Origin: Octopus sinensis
Lineage: Eukaryota
Length of the DNA: 64,000 nucleotides
NCBI RefSeq assembly: GCF_006345805.1
Contig: NC_043011.1
Location: 36,716,464 to 36,780,463, forward strand
Direction: 5' to 3'
A program made the translations under genes and the position numbers. Numbering within the stretch: the first letter of the stretch is position 1; every line of letters starts with the position of its first letter. Below, piece after piece: positions 41,176 through 54,464 of the stretch. The notes under the pieces were generated by a model, which had not been told where the DNA came from, searched no databases, and saw only the letters and a list, made by a program, of their open reading frames with translations.

Positions 41176-41459
41176 CACACTGATTTGGTTCTTTGTTACC
41201 ACTATATCCCAATGTCGTTTGTTCAATCCTTCTGTTTTAAAGTTTTCCGGGTTCATAGGATTATGCTCAAGGTGGTTTCGTCATTCATACGTGCCATCCT
41301 TGCTACATTTACCCATATTTTTTTAAACATTCGCTGGACAAAACTTGCCTCTCTACTCTCACTTTCCTTTTCAAGTGATACTTGAAGAAGTTGATGAGAG
41401 ATTGACTAGAGAGGAAAGTGTTTGCCTCTAATCCTTTCAGACGCGTCCACCAGATACTC
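41175..41459 (-). mobile_element. Tx1-type LINE 3' terminal fragment
   Basis: [43 protein letters not shown]...[12 protein letters not shown]...SIIL*, resembling the C-terminus of Tx1-type ORF2. Confidence 0.6.
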
Positions 41460-42720
41460 TGACAGATTTCCTGCCAATACCTATTTGTACAGCGTCTGGC
41501 AGTCAGTTGGGTTTTACTTCTTGCCTTTCTGAATTCTTCGAGTGCCTTTGTAGAAACATCACGCTTGTATTGTATCAGACCTGCGCGCTTTGCTTCGATA
41601 ATTGGTTCCAAATCACACAGCCCAGCACTGAACCAATTTGGGTTTTGGCTTTCACTCCTGCCGAAAGTATCTATTGATGTGGTATACTAAGGTTGCCGGA
41701 TATAATTCCACCTACTTTCAGCAGAGGAGTATGGACAGCTACTTTCGTTGGTTGGTATGTTTCTAGAACTGGTCCTTGGTCTCTTCTGAGCTGTAGAGGG
41801 TGGGAGTATAGATGTTCAGTAGATGTTCTGGGCCAGAAGAGCTTAAGAAGGGCAGAGAGAAGGTACGCTCAGTGCCTCCTGATGGTGGTTCTATTGAGGA
41901 CAGTAATGATTTTCTCACTGCAAAGCCAACACCATGCTGACGAGATTCCTCTGGATCTCTTCCCTGCCAAAAGAAGGTGAAGTCCTGCTCTTTGAGTTTG
42001 CCGTCCGAGGGGAGACTTGTCTCCTGCAGTCCAGCAATGTCTATGTTGAGCCTCTTTGGTTCGCGGTCGTTAATGGCCGTCTTTCTTGTGTCTTCAACCC
42101 AGAGTAGGTCATCAGATTTGTCAGGGCACATGCTCCTGACGTTCCAGATTGCTAATCGAGGACTCGTGGTTTCTTATCTTTTGATTGTTTGTCTGGTACA
42201 GAGGTTGCAGACCGCTTTTCTATTCAAAACCTTAGTTCCAAGCACCCAATGAAGCAGGTGGCCTGTAGCGGGTCAGTACCTTATTAATCGGGGTCTGCCC
42301 AGTGGTAACCCGTAGCGCCTGTATCCTAGACCAATCAGAATGGGCTTATCACTCGTAACTGCTACCTCCCATGTTTTTTCTGCAACTTTTTGCAGCAGCA
42401 CTGAAGTGTCCTCTCCAGTTTTGCGCAGGCCTGAGCTAGATATAAGAACATCCTGGGTAGCCCAATCATCAGGATTCCTCCCTCGACGTTGCTGATGTAG
42501 TCCAAAGGAGTGCAGAACATTACGTTGGGCACCAGCTTGGTTGCAGGAGCTGCCGGAAGTGTCGAGTCGAACACTAAATCGTCTACGGGGCTCCACTCCG
42601 GATTTCCATGATGTTTGTCTCCTTTCCGTAACCCTGGATAGGGCCCCATGACGGGTACTATCGACCGGAGCCAGTTGAGCCCGGGACTCGTGTCAGACAT
42701 GGTCGTCACTCACTGAAGTA
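41455..42720 (-). mobile_element. RTE-clade LINE 5' portion (5' UTR, APE endonuclease, linker), internally deleted
   Basis: IWNVRSM...LNIDIAGLQETSLP...FTFFWQG...HGVGFAVRK...NIYTPTL...TKDQF (APE), then NWFSAG...LEPIIEAKRA...ARRCTNRYWQEICQSI. Confidence 0.9.
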
Positions 42721-42750
42721 GTGAAGAAAATCGCTACCCATTGCCATATA

Positions 42751-42893
42751 ATTATAGTAAGGGCACTAATGAGTAGCGCTACATACAAGAAATAGACGCC
42801 AAGTGGCTCAATGTGGTAAATAATAGAGTTCTTAGAGCCATTTGGCGTCTATTTCTTGTATGTGACGCTACTTATTAGAGCCCTTACTATAAT
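42751..42893. mobile_element. 143-bp MITE/hairpin element
   Basis: 59-bp inverted arms (42751-42809 and 42835-42893, 5 differences) with a 25-nt loop. Confidence 0.9.
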
Positions 42894-43462
42894 CATATTT
42901 ATATAATTATATATTTTGGACTGTTGTTACCTATAAAGTGTCAACAGGTCTAAAATAAGTGTTGTTTGGGAACAAATAAACCAAAGAAATCGCGACTTTC
43001 AAACACAGTTACCCAATGCACAACTGCACCAATAAATAAACTCCATAAGAAAATTACAACCACTCCAAAATACATAACTAAACTCTATTATGTCATAAAA
43101 AATTATAATCCCTACCGTCTTCCATAGTGTAATACAAAAGTAAAGCAGATATCAAAACGTACGTTTCGGGGGTTGTCCAGAAACTATATCATCAAAAGTC
43201 ACCCTTCCTTTCTGGAAGACGGTACAATGTTTCTCAGTGATTTTACCTCCTATTTCTAGTGAGTTACACAAACACATTATGGCTCCATTGTAGCCTGTCG
43301 TGTAACAGTTAGAAAAATAATTGATTATCACGAACGACAGGAAACACTGTTTATGAATCGTCTTGCTCTGCTTTGTCATATATCAACCCGCAGGAATGGC
43401 TGTTTAAAATGAGGTGAGAAGTGTGTGTGTGTGTTTGTGTATATATATATATAATATATATA

Positions 43463-43514
<52 letters not shown>

Positions 43515-43587
43515 GTATGTATGTATATATATATATGTATGTATATATATATATATATGTATATATATATTTACGTATATATATACG

Positions 43588-43631
<44 letters not shown>

Positions 43632-43945
43632 CATATATTTGTGTATACCCGTGTATGTACATACACATATTCGTAGATACATATATATTCATATATATAT
43701 ATTATATATATATATATATATAGATATGTGTGTGTTTGAGTGTGTACATGTACGTGTGTGTGTGTGTGTGTGTGGTGTGTGTGTGTGTTTGTGTGTGTGC
43801 GTTTATAAAATTCACTGATTAATTCGAACCAAATCACCTGCGATAAATTAGTTTTGAAATTCTGCTGACAGGTACTTTAATTGGATCGTTATTTGTTTCA
43901 TATTCCTTTTCTTCGTAGTTTCTGGATATTTCTTCCACACACACA

Positions 43946-43992
<47 letters not shown>

Positions 43993-44745
43993 CACACTTA
44001 CGCTCACGCACACAAACACTCACCGTACCCACACCCACACCCACACACAAACTTTATATTCTTGTCTCTATTTCTTTCTAAATTTCTATCTATTTCCTGA
44101 TCTATACATGCTCCTTTCACTATTTCTACCCTTCTACTTTTCTTCCTGTCTCTCCTTCTCTCTCCTTCATTTAATTTCTCTCTTTCGCCACTTCTTCTCT
44201 CACTTCTTTCTTTTATTCACTTTTCCATTCTTACAACTTTCAAACATTCGCTTTAATCCTTTTGTTTCAATTTTCTCATTCTTTCTCTCTTCTATCAATT
44301 CTTTCTTTCCTTCTTCCTTTCTTCTTTCTTCTAGTGCTTCTTTCTTTTTTTGTTTCGTTCTTTCTTTCCTCCTTTAATTTGTTTTTGTCTTTTATTTTGA
44401 AGTCTCCTCCTCTCTGCATCCGACTCCTCACAATTTTTATCTATACAAGTCTTAGTATGAAACTCTGTATCCACTGCAGTGTAGGCGTATATAAATCTCT
44501 CTCTCTCTCTCTCTCTATATATTATATATATATATGTATCTATATATATATATATATATATATATACTATATATATGTATCTATATATATATATATATAC
44601 ATACATATATATATATATTTATATACATATATATATACACATATATGTATATTTAGATAGATGGATAGACAGAGGGAGAGAGAGATGCATATGTATTTAC
44701 ATGCATATATTCACACATTCATTCGTACTTATATGTACACAAGCA

Positions 44746-44796
<51 letters not shown>

Positions 44797-45892
44797 ATAT
44801 ATATACATGGAAATACTTGAATATAACTTACTTTCCATTGCTTTCCATTACTGTGTAGGCGCGTATCTGTTTGTGTAAATCCACACACACACACATATGA
44901 AGAATCTTCTATTTGGTGTATGTTCATTTGATACATATACCCATATACGCGTTCACATACATATATTAATATACATACATACACACAGATATATGTATAC
45001 ACACGTATGCATGTGTGAGTGTGTGTGTGTGCGTGTGTGTGTGTGTGTGTGTGTTTGCGTGTATGCCTATGGGCATGAATACATGTGTTTAAATACACAC
45101 ATGATCTCATGATCAGATGCCTGTAGATATATAAGAACACATGCATAAAGAAATGCATACCTACGCATACACACACATAAATCCAGACATACATACATAC
45201 ACACATACATTACATCTATTTCAACAGTCAATCGCCGTAAGAGAAAGAATGCTGACAACAAAAAAAAAATGAGGAACAAAAAGAGCAACAAAAACAAAGA
45301 GAACACAAAAAAAAAAAACGTATCTAACCATAATTTCCAGATTGCTGAAAGGTAGAGAGAATGATAAAGAATGAGAAAAGGAAAGAAAAATATAAGAAAA
45401 ACAATCCAAACATTATTAATCTTGAAACACAAATGATTTCTTCTACAATCCTTTCAAATTAGTCTACCTGGAACTGATTTTTCACAAAGAAACTGATTTC
45501 TCCAAGACTGCAAAATTTTGATTTTCTTCTTAGTCCTCAATCCCATCTACCGTTCCTTTCTTTAACTTCAGCTGTTTATGAGAGGAAATTGTTGTTTTTA
45601 CCCGGTTTTATATTTTTTTATTTTTTTTTTGTTTTCCATCACATTACGCAGTTTTTTTTTTCATTACGTTACACACTTTCTTGTTGTTGCTTTTCGTTGT
45701 TTTCCTGGCGTGTTCAGTCAACGTTTCTTGGTTTTGCTAATGCCATTGTCGTTATCATCCATGTTATTGTTGTTGTTGGTGTTGTTTTTGTGTAGCTCCA
45801 GGCCAGCTGTGGTAGAACAGACTTTTGATTAAAGCTGTTTTGGCTGTGAATATTTCATTTTATTTGCGTTATGCTTTGTTTCCCAACGGCGG

Positions 45893-46325
45893 ATTCTGGC
45901 AACATCGTTAGCACGGCATTTCGTCCGTCTTTAGGTTCTTAGTTCAAGTGCTATCCAGGTCAATTTTGCTTTTCATAGTTTCTTGGTTGATTAAATATGT
46001 ACCAGTGTAACACTGGAGTCAATGTAATCAGTTTAGCCGCTCCCTGGATATTACTGGCGTTGTGCAAAAATATTTCAGTATATATATTTATTTTTTTTGT
46101 TTCCTGAAGGCAGTGAGCTAGCATTTTGTTAGCATGTCGGTCAAATTGCTGAGCGGCACTTCGTCCGTATTTATGTCCAAAGTTCAAATTCCAACAAAGT
46201 CAATTTTGCTTCTCACCCTTTCGGAGTCGATATTTTAAGTACCAGTCGTGTACTGGAATCCATCTAATTGACTAGACCCCCCGCCACCAAAATTCCAGGC
46301 CTTGTGCCTATAGTAGAAAGGGATA
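45893..46325 (+). mobile_element. Two degenerate SINE family B copies
   Basis: Contains CGTTAGCACGG...AGTTCAA and GGCCTTGTGCCTATAGTAGAAAG ends. Confidence 0.7.
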
Positions 46326-46676
46326 TTTTTTGTTTCCTTTCCGATGCGCATTCTCAAAGATGGTTGGATGAGATTTAAAGGAAACTTGTGAATTATTTCT
46401 AGCAGACGAAGTGTTCTCCTCAAAAACTAACAATCTCGAGCAATCCGATTAACGACGACATTCTATCAATCACAATCCAGCCATTTTTTAAACGCATGTT
46501 GACTTCCTATTTCTCTGTAAAGTATGAATATATTATCAAGACGCTTGATTACTATTTCTATCAGATCGACTTACGGCGTTCAATTTCCTTCTGTGTTTAG
46601 CAAAAGCTCTTCATTGGCTCATAAAGCAAGTTCGCTTTTGTCAGCACAAACTTAAAGATGTATATATATATATATA

Positions 46677-46792
46677 TGGCCTGCTCGCTTAGCCAGCGAG
46701 GTGGCGTCATTCGAAGGCTAAAACAATGCGAACGCATTGTGACCAGCGATGTGTAACAACATCTGATGGTCTGGTCGGTCACGTGATCACGT
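46677..46792 (+). mobile_element. SINE family D 3' fragment
   Basis: GGCCTGCTCGCTTAGCCAG...ACAACATCTGATGG...GGTCACGTGATC, matching the 3' end of 16683-16960. Confidence 0.75.
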
Positions 46793-48050
46793 GATATATA
46801 TATATATATATATACATATATATGATGAACTCACTCGTCGACCGATGACGATTACAGGTTACTGCAGTTGGTGTATTTGCATCCGCTCTTCTCCATTGCC
46901 TTGCACCCCGAAGCATGTTAATGCTGGTTGCAACAAATTTTCTTACACCATTTTAACGCAGCGATCTCCCTTTTGTTCGCTCCAAAGCAGTTCGCTCAAA
47001 GGTGCTGCGAGCTATCTTCACTGCAGAGAGGTGACATACACATATATCTATACGTATTATACACATATATCTATATTATAACGGAGAAATCTGTTTATTA
47101 ATTAGGTACGTAACAGTTACTAAAAGAAAGTAATTATTAAAGGCTTAACCGTCTGGAATATTTTTTTTAAATGCATGTTCCAAGAAATTTCCTGTCATTT
47201 TGATTTCTGAAGCTTATTGAATATTTGAACTACATATATGTCACAAATTTAAGGATTCGTTGCAATCACTGCAGAATAGATTTAATGTTTATCGCCAGAC
47301 ACAATAAATATTAATTGGTTTCAGGCGAAATTTTCCGTTTTCATTGGCAACAGTCTCCCACCTTCTCTTTCTCTCCCTCTTTCTCGCCTCTATTTTCATT
47401 AATGATAATTTAATATATACTCATTTCAATGTTTTAATTCCAAGTTTTAATTCTCTGTTTGCAAAACCCAGAGTTTATTCTATATATGTAATTTCAAAAT
47501 TATTTAATGAATGAATGAATGTTATTAGACAAAATAGCTGTATAATTTCAACAATAATATCAGTTTCTGCAGTTTGTTTAATGAATTCTTTTGATAAAAT
47601 GAAAATTTTTTAATATACCGGTATAATTAAAAAAAGATTAAGAAGTGGTTTTGTTGGTATGGGTGTTTGGAACGCTATAATCCTTACAATAATAACAATG
47701 TGATCGCTGCTATTTCTTACACACTAAACGTAATTGGTTTATTTGAAGTTTGTCTAAATTAGAGATATATTACATCTACGATAAATTACTGAAAGATATA
47801 TTTTACTAAGTATGTTAGAATTTTTATAAATTTAAGTTTTCGGGAAAATTTATTTTCTGAACTTCCTTTTGTTATTGAATATTTCAGGTTCACAAATTTA
47901 AACATTTGGTACCAGATAGTTTTTAACGAGGTTTTATTTATTTGATTTTTTAAAATTTCATGATTATTTCATTAATTGTTTGTAATGTTCTCTCACCCCA
48001 CCTCTCTCGCTCTCTCTCTCTCTCAGGAGATCTTTCAGCTAGTATATATA

Positions 48051-48093
<43 letters not shown>

Positions 48094-48679
48094 GGTATGT
48101 AGAAAAATACAACATGGACAAGAACGTATAACTCATAGAAGACGATACAATAAACACGGACAGGACATTCGAAACCCTCAGTCTTCAGTCAAGAACCGGA
48201 TCATCGTAGTAATTTCGGCTGATTAATCTTGAGATTACTAGATCACGGCCAGCCCTCCAAGAAAAACTAAGCAACGAGCATTAGAAAAACTAAGCTGGGA
48301 GCGTAGATTTCCTGGAAGAAGGATCGAATGCATACGGACACCAGGACAGCAAAAGGGACGAATATAAAAAAACAAAAAAATAATGGAATACAGAAACATG
48401 AAATACAGAAGCATTAACGGTGAAAACAACAACAAGTGTCTTACGACTGATAACAAGCAAACAAATTATTTCTCTGGCGCAAGGAAAGGAGCCTTATCGG
48501 CGATGCCTATAGCGGCGGACGAAAAACAACGATGTTAACACGACGCTGGTCAGAAGCTGAAAGGCAGATTTCATATATGTGTGTGTGTGTGTGTGTGTAT
48601 ATATTATATATATATACATGACGTTTATATATTCATTTTGCAAGATTCTCGATGTGGAATCGTGTGTTGAGACAGATAC

Positions 48680-49666
48680 TGTTGCATTTGGAGATGGTCA
48701 TGTTGCCAGTTTAGCCAATAAAAACACACGCACTATGTATTTGGTGTTAAATTGCTTCAGCTTTATTAATTTTTTACATTAATCTTAATCTTATTTCGGC
48801 CAGAGTTCTTTCGTCACACTTCTGTGACCTAATTAGTAGTCTTTTCCTTTCTTCTTTCTTATTTGTGTGTCTTTCCTTACTAACGATCAACCATTTTGTA
48901 TTTTGTATTCCTATTACATGTCTTTATTTGCACATGCGTATACCCCTATGTGTGTGTCCATGTTTAGTAAGTGCGTATGTGTGGGGGGAGTGCCTATATT
49001 ATCTGTATCACCTGTTTATACACGTTCGTTTAATTTGTTTTTACTTATTTTGTTCATGTATTTATACCTTCTTATTAATTTTTTCTTTCTTTTTTTCTTT
49101 TTTTTCTATTCTTTTATTTGTTGTATTTAATTTAATTAAATTTTGTTAACGAATATAGTTATTTAATTCTATTTGTTTATCTGCATATTATATTATGTTT
49201 TGTTCATATTGCTATCAGGGTATGGGGATCTTATTCTGTCATATGTGCTAGTATTACATTCCAGTTTCCTATTCATTTCATTCCAGGTTCCTATTATCTT
49301 CTATTATGTGTGTATCTTCTGTAATTTGTCTAAGCGTTGCGTCTGTTCTATGTGTGGACAATTTTAACTTCTAAGTTGTTGAGTGAGCCCCCGTGTTCCT
49401 TGTGCTCCGTGCTGTTTCCCCTACGTACGTCATTGTCACATGTAATAGGAATACAAAATACAAAATGGCTTATTGTTAGTAAGGAAACACACACAAATAA
49501 GACAGAAGAAAGCAAAGGACCACTGATGAGGTCACAGAAGTATGACGAAAGAACTCTAGCCGAAATACGATTAATGTAAAAAAAAATAAAGCTGAAGCAA
49601 ATTAATACTAAAAATATTGTGCGTGTGTTTTTATTGGCTAAACAGGCAACGTGACCATCCCAAAAT

Positions 49667-49672
<6 letters not shown>
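48680..49672 (-). mobile_element. Penelope-like element remnant with inverted pLTRs
   Basis: 48680-48921 and 49438-49672 are inverted copies. The interior minus strand gives NLEVKIVH...DATLRQITEDTHI...MNRKLEC, resembling the C-terminus of a PLE GIY-YIG domain. Confidence 0.65.
49517..49561 (+). ncRNA. Type I hammerhead with intact core
   Basis: GGACCA-CTGATGA-G-GTCA-CAGAAGTA-TGAC-GAAA-G-AA-CTC-TAGCC. The partner copy has TGGCC, which restores helix I. Confidence 0.7.
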
Positions 49673-49722
<50 letters not shown>

Positions 49723-49880
49723 TATCGGTCGCACCTACATAGGTTAGGTACGACCGACTGATGATTTGTTTACGTTATATTGGAGGTGTTTTTAGAAATA
49801 TAATATGTGTATATGTATGACGTGTATGGACGAATGTATGTAAGTATGTATGTATGTATGTATGTATGTATCTATACATG

Positions 49881-49935
<55 letters not shown>

Positions 49936-49975
49936 ATGTGTGTATGCCTCTTTATGCGCGTGTGTGTTGTAGTAA

Positions 49976-50014
<39 letters not shown>

Positions 50015-50681
50015 CAAATTGACTGATAGAGAAAAAGTATGAGGCGTAAATTTGGCGCTGGGTGGCGGGGATTCGGTTGACAAATCTGTTGAAGGCAATT
50101 TTCCAGCATTTGCCGCAATTCGATTCAAAAGAACAGTTTTCCAATGCCATCGTTATGCATTAATATAGCTAATAAAAAATGGATTTTGTCTTTTTATCGC
50201 TGTTGCTTGATCTAACTATTTATTTTTACTTCCTATTTTGTAATTATTCCTTTCTTTTCTTTGTGCCTTAGTCTGTGGTCTTTTCTATAGATTTTACTCC
50301 TGAAGGATATTTTCCAGCTCTGTATGCTTCGAGTACAATTTGTTGGTTGCATTTAAACGTGTTGCTTCTGTTTTATATATTTATTTATTCATTTTATTTT
50401 GAGCATCATAGCATTAACCAGAATGTGTGCAATGCTTATTGAATCTGTAGTTTTACGCTTTTTAATAATATCTAATGACTGGATTTCTTCGTGTATATTT
50501 TTTTCGACCATGTATTTACTTAGCTAATCCTAATGCTCACAAATAACTTGCCTCTAGCGTTAGTTTTGATAATTCTTTTGGCTCATTTTTATATTTTCGT
50601 TCGCTTTTGAATAAAGTTTTGCTTTCAGAGATTGATAAACGACTGAACAGACTTTTACTATATGAAACACATACACATATA

Positions 50682-50781
<100 letters not shown>

Positions 50782-50845
50782 ATATATATACATACATATA
50801 TATATATATTCTTTCTCCGTCTTCCCTTCTTTGGACTTTTTCTAT

Positions 50846-50876
50846 ATTCCCGATGAGGAGCTCCGCTCGAAACGTG
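50846..50876 (+). ncRNA. Decayed hammerhead motif
   Basis: CCGATGA-G-GAGC-TCC-GCTC-GAAA-C-GTG, with U4C and G at position 17. Confidence 0.45.
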
Positions 50877-50981
50877 ATATCCTCTCTTTTTCTTTCCTTT
50901 GCTGAGCGTCCAATAACACTGTACTTATTCCATGTCCTCGTGTTGTTCTTTCTTGCTTGTTCATATTTGGATTGACTATAC

Positions 50982-51031
<50 letters not shown>

Positions 51032-51077
51032 ATATATATATATATATATATATATATGCATATATATATAATATATA

Positions 51078-51649
51078 TTGGGTTGTCCGGAAAGTTCGTG
51101 TCGATTTTTAAAGGAACGAAAAAGGTCAATAAATTCTTGCCATTACCCAAGCTTTACCAGGTGGTCATGAATTACCGATTTTGATAGATCGAGTCTTTCT
51201 GCCAATTCTCGGGTTGTGCAATGTGGGTTATTCACAATCAATGACTTGATTTGGTCATCATCTGTAGTGGATGGTCTGCCTGATCGCTCTTTATCAATAA
51301 GGCTGCAATCTCCAGCTCAGAACCTTGCGAACCACTTCCGTACAGTTCTTTCGGATAAAGAAACATCACTGTAAACTGCGTATATTTCTTTGGTTGCTTC
51401 TGAGGCATTTTTCCTTTTACGGAAAAAGAAAAGCATCAAGTGCCGAAAATGAAGTTTCTTATCTTCCATTTTAAAGGGTTACAGAATTATCACAGGTTAT
51501 AGGAACATAAACGTTCTTCCACAAAAAATAACTTAAACTCTGCTCTAAATGGAGGTGTAGTCAAATCCTATTTCATGGACTCAAACATGCTCTAAAATAA
51601 GTCGAAAGGTAAGCTACAATAAATCGGCACGATCTTTCCGGACAGCCCA

Positions 51650-51650
<1 letters not shown>
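51078..51650 (-). mobile_element. Internally deleted mariner element (573 bp)
   Basis: ~30-bp TIRs (TTGGGTTGTCCGGAAAGTTCGTGTCGATTT, 3 mismatches), TA flanks within (TA)n, and a minus-strand N-terminal transposase MEDKKLHFRHLMLFFFRK...NASEA...RKWFARF*AGD...RSGRP...TTRELAE starting at ATG 51469. Confidence 0.93.
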
Positions 51651-51702
<52 letters not shown>

Positions 51703-51898
51703 ATATATATATACGTACAAATACTGATAGGGCACAGATAGTGTGTCTATAGCCAGCTGGAGGAGATATCTTCCTGTGGCTACAAAATACAGTAGCATCC
51801 ACCCTTAGGGGTTAGCCATATTCAAATGGCAAATATACGTCACGATGTATATATATATATATATATATATATACGTACATACATACATACACGTAGAT

Positions 51899-53900
51899 TG
51901 TTGTGTAGTGAATATATAAACCCCTCCCGGTAAAAATGTGTTAGTAACCAGCCATTATAAATAGAGCAGTAGCCGGTCGACAGGGGATGGTCGATAGTAC
52001 TTGTAGGCTGAATTGATAGTCGTGTCTGTGCTACTATATAGTAATCATACTGTGATACTGAGTGGACGTTATATCGTTTCAACCTTTTGAGGATAATACT
52101 GTACGACAGGGATTCGTACATTATCAGATAGAAATATTCTATCGACGACATCGGAATATAACGATATCGGTCAGAGACAGATAAAACAATGCCAAAAGTC
52201 CGCTTTACAATAGTGGCGACGAGGAAAAACAAATTTCCGCAAACTGAAAATTAAAAGCGTTCACACGGAGAGATTAAACTAATTCCCGTGGAAAAATTAA
52301 ATACCTCCCCCACCAAAAAAAAAAAGAAACCTTGTGTAAACTTAGGAAAATCGTAAAATATTGAGGAGTTGTTAGCTGGAATAATTGAGTTGCAAAAACA
52401 GCAGCAACAACAAAGATTGTAGCAACAAATATTACACTTAATGAAGTTGATAACCAAACCAGAGTATACATTTTCACCTGACGATGTAGGAAATTCCATA
52501 AGCGAATTCAAATACCCCGAAGAAGGAGAAAACCTTCGAGGCTTACTTTCGAAGATGTCAATAAATTTTTGAAGAAGAATGTCAGGATTGGACGGACGAT
52601 ATAAAAACGCATCTAGTTTTAAGAAATCTATCGGCTGTAGAGCATGAGAAGTATAGTAACCTCATATTTCTAAAAAAAAAAAAAATGCGTCCGACATAAA
52701 TTTCACCAACATAGTTGACATATTTTGCAAAATGTTTAGTGAAAAGAGCTCACAGTTTAATACTAGATGGAATGTTTAAACATAGTAAAGAACAAAGATG
52801 AAGACTTCACTACACAGGCAGAATCAATAAAGAATGAGAGAGATTTAGGATAGATATGCTTACTCCAGATTCTGTCAAGTAATTGACTTTTGCAGAAGGA
52901 CTGACAGATAGAAGGGATGCATAAACCTGAACGAAATTTACATCAAAACTGGAAATGGACCAGGATTTGACATTGCAGAAGCTGTCGGAAGAGTGTGACA
53001 GGATATTAAAATAAGGTACAACTCGGAAGAAATTCAACGGAAAGAGTGTTTCCACATAAGACCAGTGCGAAGAAGTCGGAAGACAAAGTGTTGCGCGAAA
53101 AACAGAAAAAAATATCGGGATGTAGACCCATGTATGGCATGTGGTAGAATGCACCTAAAAAAAAAAATTCTCTGTATAAAAAAAAGCAAAGCGTTTTCGC
53201 TGCGGGTTTACAGGTTTAAAACCGCACTGCAAGAAATAGAATGATGGGATAATGGAACAAGAAAGAAATAGTTTGACAGCAAGAAATTTTATGACTACAA
53301 CACACAGATATTTGTGAATGTGAGAATTGGAAACACTAATGCCAGAATGCAATTAGACGCAGAAAGTGATATTACAATGATAAATGAGAAAGCATGGGAA
53401 CAAATGGGTAATCTAAAATTATGTAGATCAAACAAAATAGCGTACGGTATTACGGGAAGAAAATTATATTTCACGGGCGAATGTGTTTGTAATATAATGT
53501 TCAAAGTCAAACCAAAAGTGTGAATGTTTACGTGTTGGGAAAATCCATGAATATATTTGACACCGAGAGTATGAAGAAATTTAATTTATGGGATACACCC
53601 ATAAGCGTTTTGTCCAGCAGCGTAAACAGAGCAGTTAAAACGATCGAACGAGTTCAATGAACTGAAACAAAGATAAATTATGTGGAACATCGTGTATGAA
53701 GGACCAGTAAATTGGGAAGAAATAAAAAGAAATGCGAGAGATGACAAATTTATTAATGAGGCAAAAAGAAAACTATAATCGACAAAAAGAAATAAAAAAG
53801 GTCTGATGGGAAGAACTGCCAAGATATGAAAGTGTAAGGACCGCAAACGAATAGAAATCACTAAATAAACCATACCGCAGCTTCTAGACAATTCTGTGAC
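51899..53900 (+). mobile_element. Ty3/gypsy relic: putative 5' LTR, PBS, gag, zinc knuckles, protease
   Basis: TG...CA segment 51899-52209 and PBS-like TGGCGACGAGG at 52214. Also a Gln-rich gag start, CMACGRMH and CFRCG knuckles, and MQLDAESDITMINEKAW. Related to the 17.4 kb element. Confidence 0.8.
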
Positions 53901-54433
53901 AGTTACCTACCTGCATCTTGTGTGTCCACGTGGCTTAAGAACAAAAACACCTAACATCTAGTAGCCAACTTGAACTTTTTTCACATCCTGTCACTTCATC
54001 GCCAGACACTTTGCAAGTTAGGTTCGATCTATGAGACTACAAAATTTAAGTTGTATTGAGCTGAATCAAACTGTTATTAAATAACATACATACACACACA
54101 CACATATATATACATATATAGATAAATAGATAGATAGGTAGATAGGTAGATAGACATACATAAATACACACACATATATATATACATGCATAAATACATG
54201 TATATATATGTGTGCATATATATGTAGATATATACATATACACACACTCATATATATATATATATATATATACATATATACGTATATATATATATATATA
54301 TATATACAAATATAATTACATGCATATTTTTAAATAAATATATATAGTTATATCTTCATATGTATGCGACTGTTTGGTTGTGTCTGATTCGTTACGTATG
54401 GATGTATATAACTGCTTCGTTATGTACACATGC

Positions 54434-54464
<31 letters not shown>

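Noticed and set aside
46960-47035. SECIS-like UGA/GA stem on the minus strand
   Set aside because: The geometry is too asymmetric, there is no apical AAR, and no selenoprotein ORF is present.
48085-48290. Hammerhead-like words in the 48.1 kb repeat (CUGAAGA...GAAUGUC; GGCUG...CAGCC-GAAA)
   Set aside because: Core, helix II and helix III cannot be assembled in one register.
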